From an uncultured Chloroflexia bacterium (GTDB taxonomy: Bacteria; Chloroflexota; Dormibacteria; Aeolococcales; Aeolococcaceae), in contig CAWJVN010000007.1 of assembly GCA_963846365.1 (NCBI GenBank), positions 400,025-464,024 of the forward strand: a stretch of DNA of 64,000 nt, in the 5' to 3' direction. Positions 19,162 through 28,410 of the stretch are shown piece after piece; position 1 is the first letter of the stretch, and each line of letters begins with the position of its first letter. The notes under the pieces were generated by a model. It was not told the origin of the DNA. It searched no databases and saw only the letters and a program-made list of their open reading frames with translations. The translations under genes and the position numbers were made by a program.

Positions 19162-20450
19162 GCATCTCGGTCCCGCCCCGGACCACCGCGCGGGGCACGC
19201 TCTCGCTGGCGCCCGACTACGACGTGGAGGCGGTGCGCGCCGACTTCCCGATCCTCCAGCGCCGGGTCGGCGACCGGCCCCTCGTCTACCTCGACTCGGC
19301 GGCCACGTCGCAGAAGCCGGTCCAGGTGCTCGACGCCATCCAGGGCTACTACCGCGAGAGCAACTCGAACGTGCACCGCGGCGCCCACACCCTGGGCAAC
19401 GAGGCCACCGAGCTCTTCGAGGGGGCCCGCCGCCGGGTCGCGGCGTTCATCGACGCCGACCCCCGCGGCCTGGTCTTCACCCGCAACGCCAGCGAGTCGC
19501 TGAACCTGGTCGCCTCGTCGTACGCCCGCGAGCTGCTGCGTCCGGGCGACCGGATCGTGCTCACGCTGATGGAGCACCACAGCAACCTGGTGCCCTGGCA
19601 GCTCGCCGCCGAGCGCGCCGGTCTCGACCTCGCCTTCATCGGCCTCACCGCCGAGGGCCGCCTCGACATGGAGGTGGCGGCGCGGCTGCTGACCGAGCCC
19701 ACCCGGCTGCTCGCGGTGACCCACCAGAGCAACGTGCTCGGCACCGTGAACCCGATCCGCGAGCTCGCCGACCTCGCCCACCGCTGCGGTGCGCTGATCG
19801 CCGTCGACGCCTGCCAGAGCGTGCCCCACATGCCCGTCTCGGTGCGCGACCTCGACGTCGACGTCCTCGCCTTCAGCGGGCACAAGGCCTGCGGACCGAT
19901 GGGCGCGGGCGTGCTCTGGGCACGGCCCGAGCTGCTCGAGCGCATGCCCCCGTTCCTCGGCGGCGGCAGCATGATCCAGCGCGTCGAGCTGGAGCGGTCG
20001 ACCTGGGCCGAGGTGCCCGCCAAGTTCGAGGCGGGCACCCCCGACGTGGCCAGCGCCCACGGCCTGGCGGCGGCCTGCGATTACCTCGACGCGATCGGGC
20101 GCGACCGCATCCACGCCCACGAGCAGGCACTCACCGGCCACCTCCTCGAGGTGCTCGACGAGGCCGGGGTCGCCATCCAGGGCCCCCGCGAGGTGGTGGA
20201 GCGGGGTGGCGCCGTCTCCTTCACCATGGGCGAGATCCATCCCCACGACATCGCCACCATCCTCGACCGCCAGGGGGTGGCGATCCGCGCCGGGCACCAC
20301 TGCTGCCAGCCGCTGATGCGCCATCTCGGCACCCCGGCGACGGCCCGCGCCTCGGTGTACCTCTACACCACCCACAGCGAGATCGACGCGCTCGGCGCGG
20401 GCCTCCAGGAGGTCGGGCGCATCCTCGGCCCTCCGGGAACGCCGCGGTAG
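19158..20450 (+). CDS. sufS: Cysteine desulfurase SufS (group II)
   Basis: YLDSAATSQKP...NVHRGAHTLG...FSGHKACGPMGAGVLWAR...RAGHHCCQPL. Confidence 0.95.
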   Translation: MSISVPPRTTARGTLSLAPDYDVEAVRADFPILQRRVGDRPLVYLDSAATSQKPVQVLDAIQGYYRESNSNVHRGAHTLGNEATELFEGARRRVAAFIDADPRGLVFTRNASESLNLVASSYARELLRPGDRIVLTLMEHHSNLVPWQLAAERAGLDLAFIGLTAEGRLDMEVAARLLTEPTRLLAVTHQSNVLGTVNPIRELADLAHRCGALIAVDACQSVPHMPVSVRDLDVDVLAFSGHKACGPMGAGVLWARPELLERMPPFLGGGSMIQRVELERSTWAEVPAKFEAGTPDVASAHGLAAACDYLDAIGRDRIHAHEQALTGHLLEVLDEAGVAIQGPREVVERGGAVSFTMGEIHPHDIATILDRQGVAIRAGHHCCQPLMRHLGTPATARASVYLYTTHSEIDALGAGLQEVGRILGPPGTPR

Positions 20451-20459
20451 GATCGGGAC

Positions 20460-20930
20460 ATGACAGCAGGCGCGACCCCGATCGAGGACGAGCTCTACCG
20501 CGAGATCATCCTCGACCACTGGCGCAACCCCCGGTACAGGGGTCACGTCGACCCCGCCGACGTCACCGTGGAGGGCTACAACCCGCTCTGCGGTGACGAG
20601 GTGCTGCTCACCATGCGAATGCGCGACGGCAGCGTCGAGGAGATCGCGTTCGACGGCCACGGCTGCTCGATCAGCCGGGCCTCGGCGAGCATGATGTGCG
20701 AGGGGGTGGCCGGCCGCAGCGTCGGCGAGGCCGCCGAGCTCGGCCACCGCTTCAAGGCGATGATGCTCGAGGGGGGCAGCGCCGACGACCTCGGCGACCT
20801 CGAGGCGCTGCAGGGCGTCGCCCGCATCCCGCTGCGCATCAAGTGCGCCGTGCTCCCGTGGAACGCCCTTCTCGAGGGCCTGCATCGCGGCGGGGGCAGG
20901 GTGACCACCGAGGAGGGACCCCTCACGTGA
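20460..20930 (+). CDS. sufU: SufU/NifU-like sulfur-transfer scaffold
   Basis: NPLCGDEV...DGHGCSISRASASMM... Confidence 0.9.
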   Translation: MTAGATPIEDELYREIILDHWRNPRYRGHVDPADVTVEGYNPLCGDEVLLTMRMRDGSVEEIAFDGHGCSISRASASMMCEGVAGRSVGEAAELGHRFKAMMLEGGSADDLGDLEALQGVARIPLRIKCAVLPWNALLEGLHRGGGRVTTEEGPLT

Positions 20931-21283
20931 GCGACACCGAGCAGACCACCCCGGTGACGTCGACGGCGGATGCCGAGCGGCCCACCGGCGAGCAGATCCT
21001 CGACGCCCTCACCGCGGTCTACGACCCCGAGATCGGCATCGACATCATCAATCTCGGCCTCGTCTACGACCACGCGATCGACGAGACCGGGCTGCTCACC
21101 ATCGACATGACCCTGACCTCTCCCTACTGCCCCTTCGGCAGCATCATCCAGAGCCAGGCCGACGCCGTCTGCCGGGTGCTCCCGGGGATCAGCGACGTCA
21201 AGGTCAACCTGGTCTGGACCCCGCCTTGGGACCCCCGGACGATGGCGAGCGAGGAGGCCAAGCTCGACCTGGGGATCTTTTAA
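20927..21283 (+). CDS. sufT: SufT-like DUF59 (MIP18-family) Fe-S assembly protein
   Basis: ILDALTAVYDPEIGIDIINLGLVYD...TLTSPYCPFG; GTG overlaps the sufU stop. Confidence 0.8.
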   Translation: MSDTEQTTPVTSTADAERPTGEQILDALTAVYDPEIGIDIINLGLVYDHAIDETGLLTIDMTLTSPYCPFGSIIQSQADAVCRVLPGISDVKVNLVWTPPWDPRTMASEEAKLDLGIF

Positions 21284-21299
21284 CAGGGGGGTGGCCCCC

Positions 21300-22655
21300 A
21301 TACGCGCTAACTTAAGAAATGCCAGAGACGGGGTGGCGGATCAGCTTCTGCGGAACCTGCACGAGGCGTCGCCGTGGCGGGCTCTGAAGGGCCGGAATGG
21401 CGTCGGCGAAGGTATGGACGCAGCGCGGGATAGTGGCACCGCGGAGCAGGGAAGCGCGCAAAACGTCGTACCAGAAGCGGGAGACGCGCCAGGGGCTAAG
21501 CGGGCGCCGCGACGAGTTGGAAGCCCCAGGGGGAAAAATCGCCGGCACGCACGATGAGCTCTTCAGCGAGGAGTGCCGCCAGGATCTTGGCGAGCAGGTA
21601 GGTTTGCGCCAGGTCGGGATCTCGGGCGCGTAACTGGTCGAGGTGGAGCAGGCTCTTGAGGCGCTTGAAGGCGAGTTCGATCTGCCAGCGGAATCGGTAG
21701 GCCTCGAGGATCTGTTCGGGGGTCACTCCTGGTTCGCAGTTGGTGAGGATCACCACGTAGTTTGCGAGGATCAAGGTCTCGTCTCGGACGGCGTGTCCCT
21801 TGCGCGTGCTCTCACGAACGGCCCGGCGAGCCGACTTCTCAGCGGCGTCGGGGCGTTTGCGCACGGCGACGAGGCGGAGAGGCCACGAGGTCGTCTGCGT
21901 GCGCAGCCCCACCCGGCGTTCTGCTGCTTGCGCGTCGGGCAGCTCGCCCAGCCACTCGATCAGTTCTGGTGAGCCACCGCTCGGGTAGGCGGTCAACCGG
22001 ATCTGCTGCAACGACGTGCGGACAATGAAAGTGCCGCCCTGCTCCAGCAAATGCACCAGCCCTGGGGCCAACCCGTAGGCCCGATCCCCGACGTAGATCT
22101 CGTCGGGCTGAACGTCGATGCGGGCAAATGTCTCACCCTGAGAGTTGTCCGTGACCTGAACGCGCTGCAGCTGTAGAGCGAAGAGGTCGTACACAACGTG
22201 CAGCCGCCAGTCAGCGCCAAGGCTCCCCGGCCGACTGACGGTAGTGGCGTCGATCAAGCAGATGCGCAGTGCTGCCCTCGGGAACACCTGCACCCTCCGC
22301 GCGAGCATCGAGGAGATCACCCTGCGCAGGAACTCGGGGCAGGCACGCAGTCGCTTCAGGACGGCGACGTCTGACATGGTGTGCCATCCCATCGCGCTCG
22401 CCATCGCGGCCGTCTGGCGCAACGACCAGTCCTCCGCCGCATAGGCCAAGGCGAGGCGGAGGAGCTCCTGGGCCGACCCAATCGCGCGACGACGGCGGAA
22501 CGCCCCGCTCTCCTCCGCTAACTTGTCGAGGTCGGCAGGGAGGAGACCGAGGAGGTAGGCCCACTCCTCTTCGACGACCTCTCTGACCTGGTCAACCGCC
22601 ACGCCACGACCCTATCACAGGCCAAGCCCAGCGTCAACCTTAAGTTAGCGCGTAT
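21300..22655. mobile_element. IS4-family insertion sequence (about 1.36 kb) with 17-bp perfect terminal inverted repeats ATACGCGCTAACTTAAG and 13-bp flanking direct repeats GGGGGTGGCCCCC (putative target-site duplication)
   Basis: Left end GGGGGGTGGCCCCC|ATACGCGCTAACTTAAGaaat; right end ...CTTAAGTTAGCGCGTAT|GGGGGTGGCCCCCC, read directly. Single DDE transposase ORF inside; G+C visibly lower than flanks. Coordinates +/-1. Confidence 0.8.
21496..22602 (-). CDS. IS4-family DDE transposase
   Basis: 368 aa; C-terminal YRFRWQIELAFKRLKS (Y-x2-R-x3-E-x6-K) motif typical of IS4-family transposases. Confidence 0.85.
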   Translation of the reverse strand: MAVDQVREVVEEEWAYLLGLLPADLDKLAEESGAFRRRRAIGSAQELLRLALAYAAEDWSLRQTAAMASAMGWHTMSDVAVLKRLRACPEFLRRVISSMLARRVQVFPRAALRICLIDATTVSRPGSLGADWRLHVVYDLFALQLQRVQVTDNSQGETFARIDVQPDEIYVGDRAYGLAPGLVHLLEQGGTFIVRTSLQQIRLTAYPSGGSPELIEWLGELPDAQAAERRVGLRTQTTSWPLRLVAVRKRPDAAEKSARRAVRESTRKGHAVRDETLILANYVVILTNCEPGVTPEQILEAYRFRWQIELAFKRLKSLLHLDQLRARDPDLAQTYLLAKILAALLAEELIVRAGDFSPWGFQLVAAPA

Positions 22656-22788
22656 GGGGGTGGCCCCCCTCGCTCCGGCGGCGGAGCCGCCTGCGCTCAC
22701 CCCCTCTCGGCGCCCTCGGCGCCGCCGCGCGCGTTGCGCGCGGGGGTAGGCACCCTCTTCTCGGCCAGGATGGATCGCGGCCGGCCCC

Positions 22789-23337
22789 TCAGGGCCCGGT
22801 GACGAAGCTGCTCGGGACCGGGTTCCGGGCGCTGGCGCTGCGCCAGACCGCGGCGTGGCGGGCGTCGACCCCGAAGATGCTCGCCACCTGTGCCCGGAGC
22901 GACTGCCGCTCCAGCGCCGCGAGCGCGGCGTACTGAGCGCCGAGCAGACGGCCCTCGATCTCCAGCAGCGCCGCCAGCGCCGCCGGCTCGCCGGGGGAGG
23001 TGGGCACCGCGTCGGGACGGGGCCGGTCGGTGCCCGGCGGCGCCGCCCCCAGCCCGCGGATCGCCGTGATCAGGGCGGCGCGGTGGTCGCGGTGGTGGGT
23101 GAGGAACGACTGGGCCAGGCCGGGCAGCGGCGTTCGGGTGAGGCCCGGGCCCACGGTGGTGAGCACGTAGACGGCGGTGTCCTCGAGCATCGCGAGGGTG
23201 GTGAGCAGGGCGGCGTCGTCGCCGGCGGCCAGGACCCGGTCGACACCCTCGGCGACCGGGCCCAGGGCGGCGGCGGTGAGCACGGTCCCGCCCCCGATCA
23301 GCGCGGCCCGGAGCGCGGCCCGGCGGTCGAGGCTCAC
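22789..23337 (-). CDS. TAT-signal ferritin-like domain protein (DUF4439-like), downstream paralog
   Basis: GTG start (VSLDRRAALRAALIGGG...) overlaps the stop of the upstream paralog (GTGA); shared motifs with it (...TV.H.......LP.L.......F...H..HR..L...I..LG..P). Confidence 0.6.
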   Translation of the reverse strand: MSLDRRAALRAALIGGGTVLTAAALGPVAEGVDRVLAAGDDAALLTTLAMLEDTAVYVLTTVGPGLTRTPLPGLAQSFLTHHRDHRAALITAIRGLGAAPPGTDRPRPDAVPTSPGEPAALAALLEIEGRLLGAQYAALAALERQSLRAQVASIFGVDARHAAVWRSASARNPVPSSFVTGP

Positions 23338-23885
23338 GCGGAGACGAAGGAGGCGGGGGCCGGATCCTGCTGGAGCACGGTGCGGAGCACCGCGGAGTGC
23401 TGCGCCTCGTCGCCCATGATCGAGGCCAGCAGCTGGACCACGGCGGGGTCGGCGAGCTGGCGGAGGGCCGCGAAGTGGGCCTTCGCCACCTGCTCCTCGA
23501 GGGTGGCGGCGAGGCTGGTCATCGCACCCTCGTCGGCGGGCGGGGTGCCGAGGTCGTAGCTGTCCCGGGCCGGGGTGGGGGTGCCGCCGAGCCCGGTGAT
23601 CACCTGCGCCAGGCGATCGCGGTGGTCGGCGTGGTTCTGGCGGAAGGCGGTGGCGACCGGGGCGGTCAGCGATCCCAGCAGGGGCAGGCCCACGGTGTAC
23701 GCATGGATGACCGTGTGCTCGGTGACCAGCAGCTGGTTGAGGACGCGGACGGTGTCCCCGGGGCGGGGGGTCGGGCTCGTGCCGGTGCCCGACGGGGTGC
23801 CGCCGCAGGCGCCGAGGGCGGCGCCGGCGGCGGCCGCGCCGGAGGCCCGGAGAAGGGAACGGCGGGTGAGACGCGGTTGCTCCAT
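23334..23885 (-). CDS. TAT-signal ferritin-like domain protein (DUF4439-like), upstream paralog (lipoprotein-like)
   Basis: MEQPRLTRRSLLRASGAAAAGAALGACGG twin-arginine signal; ferritin-like helices. Confidence 0.6.
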   Translation of the reverse strand: MEQPRLTRRSLLRASGAAAAGAALGACGGTPSGTGTSPTPRPGDTVRVLNQLLVTEHTVIHAYTVGLPLLGSLTAPVATAFRQNHADHRDRLAQVITGLGGTPTPARDSYDLGTPPADEGAMTSLAATLEEQVAKAHFAALRQLADPAVVQLLASIMGDEAQHSAVLRTVLQQDPAPASFVSA

Positions 23886-23976
23886 CGCGAGCGGGCATGA
23901 TGACAGGCGGTCCACTGATCCGGCACCGTCTCGTTCACGTATCCACGGGGACACGGCAGCCATCACAGGGGAGACG

Positions 23977-24543
23977 GTGACACCTTCGGACGAAAGGGTC
24001 ATCGACCTCATCGCTCAGGCATCTCCTGAGGGGATCGAGATGCTCTACGACCGCTACGGGCGCCTGGCCTACACCCTGGCGCTGCGCGTCCTCGGCGACA
24101 CCGGTGCGGCCGAGGACGTGGTCCAGGAGGCGTTCCTGTCGATCTGGCGGCGGGCCGCGTCGTACCGGCCGGAGCGGGGCAGCCTGCGCACCTGGGTGTG
24201 CTCGATCGTGCACCACCGTGCCATCGACCGGCTCCGGGGCCGCAGCGGCCGGGCACGGCTCGACCTCTCCCTCGACAGGGCGCCGCCGGAGGCCGCCCTC
24301 TCCGACACCTGGGAGACGGTGGCGGCCGACCTGGAGCGCGGTCATATCCGGCAGGCGCTCAACGAGCTGCCCGACGAGCAGCGCTCGACCATCGAGCTCG
24401 CCTACTACGCCGGGTACTCGCAGAGCGAGATCAGCTCGCTGATGAGCGTGCCCCTCGGCACCGTCAAGGGCCGGACGCGAATGGCGCTGCGCAAGCTGCG
24501 CAGCTCGCTCGAGCACCAGGGTCTGGAGCGGAGCCTGCAATGA
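23977..24543 (+). CDS. ECF-subfamily RNA polymerase sigma-70 factor
   Basis: Region 2 (DVVQEAFLSIWRRAASYRPERGSLRTWVCSIVHHRAIDRLR) and region 4 (LPDEQRSTIELAYYAGYSQSEISSLMSVPLGTVKGRTRMALRKLR). GTG start; the long 5' extension of the track ORF is rejected. Confidence 0.85.
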   Translation: MTPSDERVIDLIAQASPEGIEMLYDRYGRLAYTLALRVLGDTGAAEDVVQEAFLSIWRRAASYRPERGSLRTWVCSIVHHRAIDRLRGRSGRARLDLSLDRAPPEAALSDTWETVAADLERGHIRQALNELPDEQRSTIELAYYAGYSQSEISSLMSVPLGTVKGRTRMALRKLRSSLEHQGLERSLQ

Positions 24544-25301
24544 CCTGTGACGACTGCGACCTGCTGCTCGCGGCGCACGCGGTCGGCGCCCTCGACCCCG
24601 GCGACGACCGCCGGGTCCAGCTGCACCTGGCGGGCTGCGCCCGGTGCCAGGCCGCCGCCTCCACCTACCAGAGCACCGGCGACCTGCTCACCCTCGCCCT
24701 CGACCCGGTGGCGCCGCCGCCGGCGCTGCGCAGCCGGCTGCTGGCGCAGGTGCACGCCGAGGCGGCGGGCATGGCCGCCGCGGCCGCGCGGCGCCGCCGC
24801 GTTCCCTGGCGGGAGCGGCTGTGCCGGGCGCTGCCCGCCGGGCGCGGGCTCACCGTCCTGGGCGGCCTCTCCGCCGCCGCCGCGGTGGCCCTGGCGGTGT
24901 GGTCGTTCGCCGTCCCCCATCAGCAGGCGATCGCGCCCACGGTGCTGGTCAGCCGCGCCTGCGGGCTCACCACCGGTCCATCGGCCTGTGGCCAGCTCAC
25001 CTACAGCCCGGCCACCCACCAGACGGTGCTCACCGTCCAGGGCCTGCCCGCGCTCCCGGTGGTGAACCAGCAGACCAGTGGCGTCTACGCGGTCTGGCTG
25101 ATCCACGGAGACGGCAGCCCCGAACTCGGCGCCTACCTCACCGCCGCCCCCGACGGGCGCACCTGGTCGGCGGTCCTCACCCGGGATGCCGGCGCCTACC
25201 AGGCGATCGCCACCACCCACGAGCCCAGGCCGGGCGGCACCGTCCCCACCGGGCCGGTGCTGCTCCGGATCTCCCGGCCGGTGGCTTCCGCCAGCTCCTG
25301 A
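24540..25301 (+). CDS. Anti-sigma factor (zinc-binding anti-sigma N-domain, one TM helix, extracytoplasmic domain)
   Basis: MTCDDCDLLLAAHAVGALDPGDDRRVQLHLAGCARCQ is a classic ZAS/RskA-like N-terminus; ATG overlaps the sigma-factor stop. Confidence 0.75.
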   Translation: MTCDDCDLLLAAHAVGALDPGDDRRVQLHLAGCARCQAAASTYQSTGDLLTLALDPVAPPPALRSRLLAQVHAEAAGMAAAAARRRRVPWRERLCRALPAGRGLTVLGGLSAAAAVALAVWSFAVPHQQAIAPTVLVSRACGLTTGPSACGQLTYSPATHQTVLTVQGLPALPVVNQQTSGVYAVWLIHGDGSPELGAYLTAAPDGRTWSAVLTRDAGAYQAIATTHEPRPGGTVPTGPVLLRISRPVASASS

Positions 25302-25347
25302 CCCCGGGCTCCGGTGAGCGGGGGTGCGACCGGCGTAGCATCGCCCG

Positions 25348-25722
25348 ATGGCCGACCGGCTCTTCACACGCGAGGAGGCGAATCTGCTGCTGCCCCGGCT
25401 GCGGCCCCTGCTGGAGCGGGCGCGGAAGGTGAGCGCGGTGCTCGGCGACCGCGGCCGTCAGCGCCGGCTGCGCTCGGTGACCGTCGGCAACGGCGGGGGC
25501 GAGGCGGCCCGGGAGATGATGGCCGAGGGCGACGAGCTCGGGCGGGTTGTCGCCGAGATCGCGGGGCTGGGGGTGGTGGTGCGCGACCCGACCACGGGGC
25601 TGGTGGACTTCCCCGCCGAGCGCGACGGCGAGCCCGTCTACCTGTGCTGGCGGCTGGGGGAGGAGGAGGTCGCCCACTGGCACGACCGCGACAGCGGCTT
25701 CGGCGGCCGGCAACCCCTGTAG
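25348..25722 (+). CDS. DUF2203-family protein
   Basis: MADRLFTREEANLLLPRLRPLLE... N-terminus characteristic of DUF2203. Confidence 0.55.
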   Translation: MADRLFTREEANLLLPRLRPLLERARKVSAVLGDRGRQRRLRSVTVGNGGGEAAREMMAEGDELGRVVAEIAGLGVVVRDPTTGLVDFPAERDGEPVYLCWRLGEEEVAHWHDRDSGFGGRQPL

Positions 25723-26066
25723 CCGGCCGGCTACGCCCGGCGGTCGCCCACCGTGGCGCGCACCGGCCTGACCGGGGCGCCGCCGAGCTCGGCGACGACC
25801 GTGGCCTCGCCGGTCTCGGAGCGACCGGCGGCGCCCTGGTCGAGATGGCCGGTGAGGCGGTTGAACGCGGAGAGCGCGGTGGGGACGAGCGGCGCCGCCG
25901 GCGCCACCGGCAGGCCCTCGCGCCGGCGCCCCAGCGGGCCGGGCAACCGCACCGCGGCAGCAGCGTCCCCGTCCTCGGACGGGCGTTCTGCGACCCGAGG
26001 GTCGGTGTCGTCGGACGCCGGGGGGACTGGCTGGTTCATCACCGTGAGCTGGTGCCCGGGCGCGGC

Positions 26067-27378
26067 TCAGAGGTGACGGACCGTCGCCCCGGTCTGCTCA
26101 CCGCGCAGGAGGTCATCCACCGTCTCCCGCCGACGCACCAATCGTGCGATCCCGTCGCGGACAAAGACGACTGCGGGTCGGAGGCCGGCATTGTAGTTCG
26201 ATGCCATGGACAACGTGTACGCACCCGCCGCGGGTACGGCGAGGATGTCACCGGGCGACAGCTCGGGCAGTGGGCAGTCGCGCACCAGGATGTCGGTCGA
26301 CTCGCAGTACCGGCCCGCGATGGTCACCGTCTCCACCGGGGTGCCCTCGGGATCGCGCGCCAGCAGCGGCTGATAGCGCGCCCCGTAGAGCTCCGGGCGG
26401 ATGTTGTCCGCCATCCCGCCGTCCACGCTCACGTATGTGCGAACGCCCGGGATCGCCTTGCGGGCGCCCACGGTGTAGAGCGCCACCCCGGCGGGGCCGA
26501 CGACACTCCGGCCGGGCTCGACGTGCAGTCCGGGCAGCGGCAGGTCTCGCGCGGTGAAGCTGCGCCGCACAGAATCAGTCAGAATCGACATGAACTCGCC
26601 GACCGCGGGGGGTCGGTCGGCGGTGGTGTGGGCGATCCCCAGGCCGCCGCCGGCACTGAGGGTGCGGGTTTCGAACCCGAGCTGCTCGCGGGCGGCGGCT
26701 GCGAACCCGGCCACGGCGTCGATGGCGGCGGCGTGACTTCTGAGCTCGAGGATCTGCGAACCGATGTGCATGTGGAGTCCGCGCACGTCGAGCGCGGCGA
26801 CGTCGAGGGCGCGGCGCAGCGCGGCCATCGCCTGACCGCCGGCGATGCCGAAGCCGAACTTGCTGTCGACCTGGCCGGTGCTGATGTGGTCGTGGGTGTC
26901 GGGGCGAACCCCCGGCGACACCCGGAGCAGTGCGCCCACCCGCGCGCCGCCACCGCGCCCGGCGAGCAGCTCGAGCTCGTGCTCGGAGTTCGACGACGAG
27001 ATGGCCGATGCCGGCGGCGAGCGCGGCGTCCAGCTCGGCCGCGGACTTGTTGTTTCCCGGGAAGGCGATCCGCGCCGCGGGCAGGCCGCCGCGGAGCACG
27101 ATCTCCAGCTCGCCGCCGCTGACCACGTCGGCGCCGCAGTCCTCCTCGACGAGCAGGCGCACCATCGCAAGCGAGAGGTAGGCCTTGGCGCTGTAGAGCA
27201 CGTCGCCGCCGGCGGGCCAGCCGCCCAGGCCGTCGCGGTAGGCGCGCAGCCGGGTGCGGATGGTGGCCTCGTCGAAGACGTACAGCGGAGTGCCGAACTC
27301 CTCCGCCAGCTCGATCAGGTCGCAGCCGCCGACGCTGAGATTGCCGGCGGCCGACCGTCCCGCGGTGTCGGGCAGCAT
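26067..27378 (-). pseudogene. lysA: Diaminopimelate decarboxylase (lysA) interrupted by a frameshift near 26990-27005 (or a sequencing error)
   Basis: N-terminal PLP-barrel part (FGTPLYVFDEATIRTRLRAY...IGHLVVE) is in track ORF 26575-27462. The remainder (NSEHELELL...GRYCESTDILVRD...AGAYTLSMASNYNAGLRPAVVFV) is in ORF 26067-27170, a different frame. The join is at GTCGTCGAACTCC. Confidence 0.6.
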
Positions 27379-27658
27379 CCCGACATCATCATTGTTCCGG
27401 TGCAGGGTTCGGGTGCTGCGGGCGCAGATCTCCGGGTACACTCTGGGTGCGTCTCCGGCCACGGTGCGCCCCGCCGAGTGACCGACGCAGCGGGAGCGGC
27501 CGCGGCACTCTGTGAAAAGGAGGGACCTGCCCTATGCCCGATTCGAGTACAACCTCCGTCCCGACCAGCGCCATGGTGAGCAGCTGACCGCCGGGAGTTC
27601 TTAGAACCAGGAGGCGCAGACCGCAGCTCTGTGGCGGTCACTCACCATCGCGCCCGAA

Positions 27659-27689
27659 CGGGGTGCCGGCATCGCCGGCACCCCGTTTT
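27659..27689 (+). terminator. Rho-independent terminator-like hairpin on the plus strand (GGGGTGCCGG-catcg-CCGGCACCCC followed by GTTTTT)
   Basis: Perfect 10-bp stem, 5-nt loop and T-tract read directly. Lies between the lysA start and the stop of the downstream minus-strand gene. Confidence 0.45.
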
Positions 27690-27730
27690 TCTGTGGAGGG
27701 GTACCGGGTGCCCCGCGGGGCGTGGGACCG

Positions 27731-28363
27731 TCAGCCGTGGAGCGCGGTCGTGACCTGGGCTTCCCGGGTGGCCACCGAGGGGGCGGGGACGAGCTGGTCG
27801 CGCTCGATCCAGCCGGTGGTGCCCTTCTCGGTGCGCACCTGGACGAAGCTGCCGTGGTGGCCGAGGGAGATCAGGGGGGTGGCGGTGAGCACCGCCTCGC
27901 CGCGGGGGGCGTCGTAGCGCGGCTCGGTGAACATGGGGTACGGCGTGCCCGCCCAGGAGGCCACCAGGGTGACCGGGCCGTTGGGGAAGTGACGGTCGCG
28001 GTAGATGGTGCGGCGGTCGCGGTTGCCACGGCTGAGCAGCACCACCAGCTGGAGGCCCCGGGGCACCGCTCCCTTCCCCCCGCTGGCCTCCACCGCCACC
28101 TCGGTGCCGGTCTCGACCAGACGCGCGGTGCAGGTCACCCAGCGGGGACGGCGCACCCTCGTCGACCACTGCCCGAAGAAGCCCTTGCGCTCGACCTCGA
28201 TGGCGCGCGCGCTGTCGGGGCCGGTGACCTCGTAGCGGAACGGCGGGATGCCGACCATCTGCTCCATCACCGCGAAGACCTCGCGCGGCGGCGCGGCGGC
28301 GACGAACCTCCAGCTCTGCCGGCTGGGGGCGAGACGGGCGGGCTCGCCGGAGTTGGGGGCCAT
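27731..28363 (-). CDS. Hypothetical protein (210 aa) with SH3-like C-terminal segment
   Basis: ATG (rc 28361-28363) in frame; ...GSFVQVRTEKGTTGWIERDQLVP. Confidence 0.5.
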   Translation of the reverse strand: MAPNSGEPARLAPSRQSWRFVAAAPPREVFAVMEQMVGIPPFRYEVTGPDSARAIEVERKGFFGQWSTRVRRPRWVTCTARLVETGTEVAVEASGGKGAVPRGLQLVVLLSRGNRDRRTIYRDRHFPNGPVTLVASWAGTPYPMFTEPRYDAPRGEAVLTATPLISLGHHGSFVQVRTEKGTTGWIERDQLVPAPSVATREAQVTTALHG

Positions 28364-28410
28364 GGGCCGGGATTGTACGGATTGGCCCCCTGGACGGCGC
28401 TCAGGGGCGC

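Noticed and set aside
22727-22748. CCGCGCGC-gtt-GCGCGCGG hairpin after the IS right end
   Set aside because: No adjacent T-tract on either strand; cannot be called a terminator from sequence alone.
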